Origin: Gemmatimonadales bacterium
GTDB taxonomy: Bacteria > Gemmatimonadota > Gemmatimonadetes > Gemmatimonadales > GWC2-71-9
DNA length: 64,000 nucleotides
NCBI GenBank assembly: GCA_040901965.1
Contig: JBBDYB010000004.1
Span: 4,495-68,494 of the forward strand
Direction: 5' to 3'
The translations under genes were made by a program, and so were the position numbers. Below, piece after piece: positions 58,103 through 64,000 of the stretch; within the stretch, counting starts at the first letter, position 1; every line of letters starts with the position of its first letter. The notes under the pieces were generated by a model. It did no database searches and was not told the DNA's origin. It saw only the letters and a program-made list of their open reading frames with translations.

Positions 58103-58596
58103 GACGCACGGACCGGTATCGCTACCCCATCATCATGACGCTGCTGGTCCTGCTGCAGTTCACCGTGCGCAGCCGGCTGGGTGGGGACCGGGTGGCGCCC
58201 GACTTCCTGCTCCTGGCCCTCCTCATCTACACGATTCGCGCCGAGCCGGGGCGGAGCGCCGCCGGGGGCTTCGTGGTCGGGCTGCTGCGCGACGCACTCA
58301 CCCCCGCGAGCTTCGGTGCCGGCGCGCTGGCGCACACGCTCGTCGGATTCTTCTCGTCGTGGGCGAAAGCGGTCTTCTTTGCCGAGCACGTCTTTGTGAA
58401 GGGGTGCCTCTTCTTCGCGGGTACGTGGCTGCGAAATCTCATCGTGCTGCTCGCCTCGGGACGGCTCCAGGGCTCGCAGCTCGCCTGGGAGCTGCTCGTG
58501 TGGTCGCCCCTGCAGGGGCTGACGACGGCGTTGGTCGGTGTCGCCGTGCTGTGGTTCTTCCGCGGCTGGCTGTCGCCGCGCCGGAGCGTGGCGTGA
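58099..58596 (+). CDS. mreD: Rod shape-determining protein MreD
   Basis: ATGA overlap with mreC. 165 aa polytopic membrane protein in the canonical position. Confidence 0.75.
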   Translation: MRRTDRYRYPIIMTLLVLLQFTVRSRLGGDRVAPDFLLLALLIYTIRAEPGRSAAGGFVVGLLRDALTPASFGAGALAHTLVGFFSSWAKAVFFAEHVFVKGCLFFAGTWLRNLIVLLASGRLQGSQLAWELLVWSPLQGLTTALVGVAVLWFFRGWLSPRRSVA

Positions 58597-60485
58597 GCGC
58601 CTTCCATCCTCACCTGCTCGACCGGCGGCTCGGCGCGGCCCAGAAGGCCGTCTGGCTCGTCCTCGGGATCATCATCCTGTCGTTCTTCCGCACGCAGATC
58701 CTCGGCCACGGGAAGTATCAGCTGCAATCGGAGACGAACCGGCTGCGCCCGATCCCTCTGCCCGCGCCGCGCGGCGTGATCTTCGACCGCAACGGCCGCG
58801 TGCTCGCGGAAAACGTGCCGGGGTACGCGGTCTCGATCCTACCCGGACTGGAGGCGAATCTCCGCACGACGCTGGCGCGCATCGCGGCCATCGCGAAACT
58901 CGACAGCGCCGACATCGAGCGCGTCATCCAGCGGGCGCGGCGCGCTCCTTACCAGCCCGCGCTGGTGCTCGGCGACGCGCCGTTCCCGGTCGTCTCGGCG
59001 CTGGAGGAGCGGCGCATCGACATCCCGGGACTGCTCATCCAGTCCGAGCCCAAACGGTTCTATCCCGACACGGCGATCGCCGCCTTCGTCGGCTACGTCG
59101 GTGAGGTGACGGAAGGGGAGCGCGGCACGAAGCGGTTCGCGTCGGTACGGCTCGGCGGCCTGGTGGGGAGGGACGGCCTCGAGCGCGAATACGACGACAC
59201 GCTGCGCGGATCCGAGGGAGTGCGCTTCGTCGAGGTGAGCGCGCGCGGCCAGATGGTGCGCGAGGCCGAGGCCGCGGCCAACCTGGCCCCGGTGCCGGGC
59301 GCGGACCTGCACACGACGATCGACCTCGACCTGCAGCAGTACATCGCCCAGATATTTCCCGCCGGTCGGCGCGGCGCGGTGCTGGCGCTGAATCCCAACA
59401 CCGGCGAAGTGCTGGCGCTCTACAGCGCCCCGGGGTTCGATCCCAACGCGTTCGTCGGCGGCATCTCCGCCTCGTACTGGCGCTCGCTCAACGAGAGCGC
59501 CGCGCGGCCACTCCTCGACCGCGCCATCCAGACGCGTTACCCCCCGGGGTCCACGTGGAAGCTGGGCGTGGCCGCGATGGCGCTGAAGCGGGGGACCGTG
59601 GGCTTCAGGAGTCGGATGCCGATCCCGTGTCGCGGCGGCCTCCAGTATGGGAATCGCTTCTTCCGGTGCTGGAACGCGGAGGGACACGGCAACCTGACCC
59701 TGAGCGAAGCTATCGCGCACAGCTGCGACGTCTATTTCTACCAGCTGGGCATCAAGCTCGGCGTCACGACGATGCTCGAGGACGGCAACGCCTGGGGGTT
59801 TCGCGCGCGTAGCGGCATCGACTTGCCCGGGGAGATTCCCTCGGAGTTCCCGACCGGCCCCGAATACTACGACCGCCTCTACGGCGCGCGGCGCTGGACC
59901 TCGGCCGTCGCGTTGAACCTCGCGATCGGGCAGGGAGAGAACGCGCAGACGCTGGTGCAGATGGTCCGCCTCTACCAGCAGCTCGCCAGCGACGGGCGGG
60001 TGCGTACACCCTTCCTCGTCCGGCTGTCTCCCAACCGGCCGACCGAGAACTGGTCGCTCGATCTCACGCCCGAGCAGATCGCCGGGCTGCGCCGCGCGAT
60101 GATCGCCGTGGTGGAGCAGGGCACCGCGCGGGGTTCTCGGCTCGCGAGTCTCCAGATCGCCGGCAAGACGGCGACGTCACAGAACCCGCACGGGCCCGAT
60201 CACGGCTGGTTCATCGGGTTCGGGCCTGCCGAAAAGCCGGAGATCGTCGTGGGCGCGATCATCGAGTTCTCGCAGCACGGGTCCGCGGTCGCGCCGCTCG
60301 TGGCCCGGACCATCGCGCACTACTTGGGCGTCGACGAGACCCGCGCGGCCAGCATCCGCATCGCGGTGCCGGCGGACTCGGCCCCTGAGCCGTTCCAGAT
60401 CCCGGGCCCGCCGCGAATCGATTCGCTACGGCCGATCCCCATGCCCACCGACACGCTTGTTCTCCCGCCTCCGCCAACTCGATAA
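58593..60485 (+). CDS. mrdA: Penicillin-binding protein 2 (elongasome transpeptidase)
   Basis: GTGA overlap with mreD. N-terminal ...PAPRGVIFDRNGRVLAEN, SxxK (GSTWK) and a KT(A/G)T box (GKTATSQ). Confidence 0.9.
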   Translation: MSAFHPHLLDRRLGAAQKAVWLVLGIIILSFFRTQILGHGKYQLQSETNRLRPIPLPAPRGVIFDRNGRVLAENVPGYAVSILPGLEANLRTTLARIAAIAKLDSADIERVIQRARRAPYQPALVLGDAPFPVVSALEERRIDIPGLLIQSEPKRFYPDTAIAAFVGYVGEVTEGERGTKRFASVRLGGLVGRDGLEREYDDTLRGSEGVRFVEVSARGQMVREAEAAANLAPVPGADLHTTIDLDLQQYIAQIFPAGRRGAVLALNPNTGEVLALYSAPGFDPNAFVGGISASYWRSLNESAARPLLDRAIQTRYPPGSTWKLGVAAMALKRGTVGFRSRMPIPCRGGLQYGNRFFRCWNAEGHGNLTLSEAIAHSCDVYFYQLGIKLGVTTMLEDGNAWGFRARSGIDLPGEIPSEFPTGPEYYDRLYGARRWTSAVALNLAIGQGENAQTLVQMVRLYQQLASDGRVRTPFLVRLSPNRPTENWSLDLTPEQIAGLRRAMIAVVEQGTARGSRLASLQIAGKTATSQNPHGPDHGWFIGFGPAEKPEIVVGAIIEFSQHGSAVAPLVARTIAHYLGVDETRAASIRIAVPADSAPEPFQIPGPPRIDSLRPIPMPTDTLVLPPPPTR

Positions 60486-61710
60486 GCCGCTCTTCGCCGC
60501 GGTCGCGGCGCTGGCGCTCTATGGTCTGGCGACGCTCTACTCCGCCGGTCAGACCGAGGTGCCGACGTTCGTCGCGGGGATCTGGCAGCGCCAGCTCGTC
60601 TGGCTGGGCATGGGCCTGATCGTGGCGTGGCTGACCTTCCGCACATCGCCGCGCATGCTCGAATGGGCCACGCCGTTCGTGTACGCCATCGCGGTGTTCC
60701 TGCTGCTCCTCACCCTCGTCATCGGCACCGGGGCAGGCACCGCGGCAGGAACCAAGTCGTGGCTGTCGATCGCGGGTCATCGGTTTGGGCAGCCGGCGGA
60801 GCTCGCAAAGGTGGCGGTGATCCTGATGCTGGCCCGCTGGCTGGCCGGGCTGCGGGAGCCCCCCGCCACGCTGCGCGATCTGATTCCCCCGGGCGCCATC
60901 GCCGGCATCCCCTGCTTCCTCGTCCTCAAGCAGCCGGACCTGGGCAGCGCCATCGTCTTCATCGCCATCCTCTTTTGCATGCTGTACTGGGCGGGCACAA
61001 AGCCGTCGCTGCTGTTGCTGGCAGCCTCACCCGTGATTGGGCTGGTGCTCGCCTTCTCGACCGTCGCCTGGGGCCTGTGGATCGCGATCCTGGCGGGCCT
61101 GCTCCTGTGGTGGCGCCCCTACGTGTGGGAGGGGCTGGCTGTCATGGCGTTGAACGTGTTGGGCGGCGTGCTGGCGTTGCCGTTCTGGAACCGACTGGCG
61201 CCGTATCAGCAGAACCGCCTGCTGGCGTTCCTCAACCCCGATGTCGACCCCCGCGCGGCGGGCTGGCACGTGATCCAATCCAAGGTGGCCGTCGGCTCTG
61301 GAGGCCTGCTGGGGAAGGGATTCACGGAGGGGACACAGAAACGGCTCGCGTTTTTACCCGCTCAGCACACGGACTTCATTTTCTCGGTCGTGGGCGAGGA
61401 GCTGGGGTTCATCGGCGTCCTCGTCGCGCTGTCGCTCTTCGGACTGTTGCTGTTCGTCCTGCTCCGCGTCGCCCGCAAAGCCACCGATCCCTTCTCGAGC
61501 CTGTGCGTGTTCGGGGTCGCGGGCCTGTTCTTCACGCATATCGTCGAGAACGTGGGCATGACGATCAACCTGATGCCGATCACCGGCATTCCACTGCCGT
61601 TCTTTTCGTACGGAGGATCGTTCCTGCTCGCGTGCTCGATCGGAGTAGGGATGGCCCTCCGGGTCGCGTGGGAGTCGCGTCAGTCTGGGTATGCCGAACT
61701 GGGACAATGA
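60457..61710 (+). CDS. rodA: Peptidoglycan glycosyltransferase RodA (SEDS family)
   Basis: TTG start per the track. Polytopic membrane protein with ...QPAELAKV... and ...HTDFIFSVVGEELGFIG... motifs. Confidence 0.9.
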   Translation: MFSRLRQLDKPLFAAVAALALYGLATLYSAGQTEVPTFVAGIWQRQLVWLGMGLIVAWLTFRTSPRMLEWATPFVYAIAVFLLLLTLVIGTGAGTAAGTKSWLSIAGHRFGQPAELAKVAVILMLARWLAGLREPPATLRDLIPPGAIAGIPCFLVLKQPDLGSAIVFIAILFCMLYWAGTKPSLLLLAASPVIGLVLAFSTVAWGLWIAILAGLLLWWRPYVWEGLAVMALNVLGGVLALPFWNRLAPYQQNRLLAFLNPDVDPRAAGWHVIQSKVAVGSGGLLGKGFTEGTQKRLAFLPAQHTDFIFSVVGEELGFIGVLVALSLFGLLLFVLLRVARKATDPFSSLCVFGVAGLFFTHIVENVGMTINLMPITGIPLPFFSYGGSFLLACSIGVGMALRVAWESRQSGYAELGQ

Positions 61711-61784
61711 GTTAGTCTCGCAGGGCTGGCGCCACCGGAGGGACGCGCCCAAATTGTGCGCTTCGTCACCTCTAAACGGCTCGC

Positions 61785-62642
61785 ATGGCCTGGTTCAAAA
61801 AGGAACGTAAGCCTCGCACATCCGAACGGGTCCGGCTCGAGATCCCCGCCGACGCCTGGGAGAAGTGTGACGAGTGTGGTCATGTGGACATCCGCGAGCG
61901 CTTCGTGCGGGCGCTCAACGTCTGCCCCAACTGCGGCCATCATCGCCGCATCAGCGCGCAGGAATACATCGACATCCTCGTGGATGAGGGCTCCTGGCAC
62001 GAGCTCTTTGCGGCGTTGAAGTCCGCCGATCCCCTCAAGTTCGAGAACTACGCCGAGCGGGTGCAGGCGGCCATGAAGAAGGCGGGCCCGCTCGACGCGA
62101 TTCGCACCGGATACGCCAGGCTCGCCGGCATGGCGATCAGCCTCGGCGTCATGGATTTCAGCTTCATGGGGGGATCCATGGGGTCGGTGGTGGGGGAGAA
62201 AATCGCCCGCCTGACCCGCCACGCGATCGACAAGCGCACGCCGTTGATCCTGCTGTCGGCCTCGGGTGGCGCCCGGATGCAGGAGGGTGTGCTCTCGCTG
62301 ATGCAGATGGCCAAGACGTCCGTGGTCATCGCGGAGCTGCAAGGAGCGGGGATTCCATTCGTCTCGATTCTGACCAACCCCACGACGGGCGGCGTCTCGG
62401 CGTCGTACGCCATGCAGGGAGACATGATCTTGGCGGAGCCCGGCGCCGTGATCGGGTTCGCCGGGCCGCGCGTCATCAAGCAGACGATCGGGCAGGACCT
62501 CCCCGCAGGGTTCCAGACGGCGGAGTTCCTGCTGGAGCACGGCATGATCGACGCCGTCGTCCCCCGGAGCGAGCTGCGGGACACGACCGCCCAGCTGCTG
62601 CGGCACATGACCGGCGCCTGGCCCGCAGAGGCTGCCGACTGA
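61785..62642 (+). CDS. accD: Acetyl-CoA carboxylase carboxyltransferase beta subunit
   Basis: Zn ribbon CDECGHV...CPNCGHH and the carboxyltransferase core. Confidence 0.9.
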   Translation: MAWFKKERKPRTSERVRLEIPADAWEKCDECGHVDIRERFVRALNVCPNCGHHRRISAQEYIDILVDEGSWHELFAALKSADPLKFENYAERVQAAMKKAGPLDAIRTGYARLAGMAISLGVMDFSFMGGSMGSVVGEKIARLTRHAIDKRTPLILLSASGGARMQEGVLSLMQMAKTSVVIAELQGAGIPFVSILTNPTTGGVSASYAMQGDMILAEPGAVIGFAGPRVIKQTIGQDLPAGFQTAEFLLEHGMIDAVVPRSELRDTTAQLLRHMTGAWPAEAAD

Positions 62643-63844
62643 CGTTCGAAGAAGCCTGCCAGTTCCTGTTCGCAAGACAAGCCGGCCGCATCAAATGGAG
62701 CCTCGGCCCGACTGAGGGGCTGCTCGACGTCCTGGGCCGGCCGGAGCGTCACTTTCCCGCGATCCATATCGGTGGCACGAACGGCAAAGGCTCGACGTGC
62801 GCCTTCGTCGCCGCCGAGCTGCGCACGAAGGGATGGCGCGTGGGATTGTACACGTCGCCCCACCTCGTCTCACCCTGCGAGCGGATCACGGTGGACGGCG
62901 TGCCGATCGGCGAGGACGCCTTCGCCGAGTGGACCACGCAGCTCCAGCCGCACATCGAGCGACTCGATGCGAGCTTCTTCGAGGCCACGACGGCGATCGC
63001 CTTCGCCGACCTGGCGGCCCGCGGCGTGGACATCGCCGTGATCGAAGTGGGCCTCGGCGGGCGGCTGGATGCGACCAACGTGCTGATGCCCCTCACCAGC
63101 GTCGTTACGAAAATCGCGCTCGAGCACCAGGACTATCTGGGCAAGGACCTGAAGAGCATCGCGCGAGAGAAAGCGGGGATCGCGAAGCCCAAGGTCCCCT
63201 TCGTCACGGGTGAGCCCGATCCAGAGGTGCGGGCGGAGCTGGTGCGGGAAGCAAAGCGCCGCGGCGCGGACCCCGTCGTCACCGTTGACACGACGCTCCA
63301 CCCGCGCCGCGATACGCGCCTGGGCCTCAAAGGGCGCCATCAGGTCGCCAATGCCTTGGTCGCTCATGCCGCCTTGAACGCGTTGCCCGAGCCATTCGGC
63401 CCGGTGGGCAAGAACCTCCCGGCGAGCTTCGCGCATGCGTACATCCCCGCCCGCTTCGAGGTACGCGGCAAGTGGGTCTTCGACGTCGCGCACAACCCCG
63501 ACGGCATGCGCGTGCTGGCGGACACGATCCGCGAGCATACGCCGCCGCTGCGCCGCCCGCTGCATGCGCTCGTGGGGATTCGCAGTGACAAGGATTGGCG
63601 GGCGATGTTGGAAATACTCCGGCCGGTCGTGGACCGGCTGGTACTGACGATGCCGCCTTCCGTTCCGGTGCTGCAGCAATGGTCGATAGACGAGTCGGCG
63701 GGCGCGAGCCTGCATTTCGAGCCGGACTTCGAGCGCGCGTTGCGCGACATTCAGGAGGGTGCGGCGACGATTGTCGTCACCGGATCGTTCCACACGGTCG
63801 GCGACGCGCTCGCCCGCTTGCCCGGGTTCGCGCCGGTGGGTTAA
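62639..63844 (+). CDS. folC: Bifunctional folylpolyglutamate synthase/dihydrofolate synthase
   Basis: HIGGTNGKGST P-loop at 62765-62797 lies upstream of the first canonical start (GTG 62840). The frame is open back past 62639. Start set provisionally at a CTG overlapping the accD stop (CTGA). Confidence 0.75.
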   Translation: MTFEEACQFLFARQAGRIKWSLGPTEGLLDVLGRPERHFPAIHIGGTNGKGSTCAFVAAELRTKGWRVGLYTSPHLVSPCERITVDGVPIGEDAFAEWTTQLQPHIERLDASFFEATTAIAFADLAARGVDIAVIEVGLGGRLDATNVLMPLTSVVTKIALEHQDYLGKDLKSIAREKAGIAKPKVPFVTGEPDPEVRAELVREAKRRGADPVVTVDTTLHPRRDTRLGLKGRHQVANALVAHAALNALPEPFGPVGKNLPASFAHAYIPARFEVRGKWVFDVAHNPDGMRVLADTIREHTPPLRRPLHALVGIRSDKDWRAMLEILRPVVDRLVLTMPPSVPVLQQWSIDESAGASLHFEPDFERALRDIQEGAATIVVTGSFHTVGDALARLPGFAPVG

Positions 63845-63853
63845 GTTGTTGTG

Positions 63854-64000
63854 ATGCAAGGGAAAGCGCTCCCCGGCTTCCGCGATTTCTACCCCGAACA
63901 GCTGGCCCTCCGCACCCACATTTTCGCCACGTGGCGCAGCGTGGCGGCCCGCTACGGCTTCGAGGAATACGACGGACCGCCTCTGGAATCGCTGGAGCTC
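63854..64000 (+). CDS. hisS: Histidine--tRNA ligase, N-terminal part (runs off right edge)
   Basis: Own translation gives MQGKALPGFRDFYPEQLALRTHIFATWRSVAARYGFEEYDGPPLESLEL. Confidence 0.8.
   Translation, partial: MQGKALPGFRDFYPEQLALRTHIFATWRSVAARYGFEEYDGPPLESLEL

Overview
High-GC bacterial chromosomal segment (spot counts give about 70% GC in the core regions). SusC/SusD-type outer-membrane pairs, a Hanks-type kinase and the overall gene content suggest a Gemmatimonadota-like organism; this is an untested inference. All family names come from motifs I recognise in the translations, and no database search was run. Most of the window is housekeeping: galK, tRNA-Leu(UAA), tyrA-aroA-cmk-rpsA, an acyl-CoA carboxylase cluster, rplM-rpsI, rpsB-tsf-pyrH-frr-uppS-cdsA-dxr-rseP, rpsO-pnp, an M16 peptidase, ald, mreBCD-mrdA-rodA, accD-folC and the start of hisS. 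Many neighbouring genes overlap by ATGA, GTGA or TAATG. Accessory content includes a FadL-like porin with an SGNH lipoprotein, a SusC/SusD pair, a DUF4097 protein, a sensor kinase with a CheY-like regulator, and a mobile-element scar at 36.9-37.3 kb (tyrosine-recombinase and IS30 remnants). After the scar come orphan genes, a split NHEJ LigD (polymerase and ligase domains, no Ku in the window) and DUF305 with two tandem LVIVD-like paralogs. The most interesting signals are four. (1) A 4.6 kb lower-GC block of three outer-membrane genes at 51.4-56.0 kb sits between a ferredoxin gene and mreB. It is bracketed by an imperfect direct duplication of the divergent promoter region and both gene 5' ends. 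(2) A dispersed family of short tandem heptamer repeats, notably G-rich (GGGAGCR)n arrays, lies inside the coding regions of cmk, dxr and a small ORF. These arrays fit the G-quadruplex consensus and give two unrelated proteins the same peptide. Other heptamer or octamer arrays build a hairpin after rpsI and mini-uORFs in front of the biotin carboxylase gene. (3) A C8 tract sits at a reading-frame junction of an orphan gene. (4) Two conserved genes (folC and the M16 peptidase) have conserved N-termini upstream of any ATG, GTG or TTG. I saw no CRISPR array, no rRNA and no recognisable defence or toxin system. I cannot claim a complete novel multi-gene system from the sequence alone.
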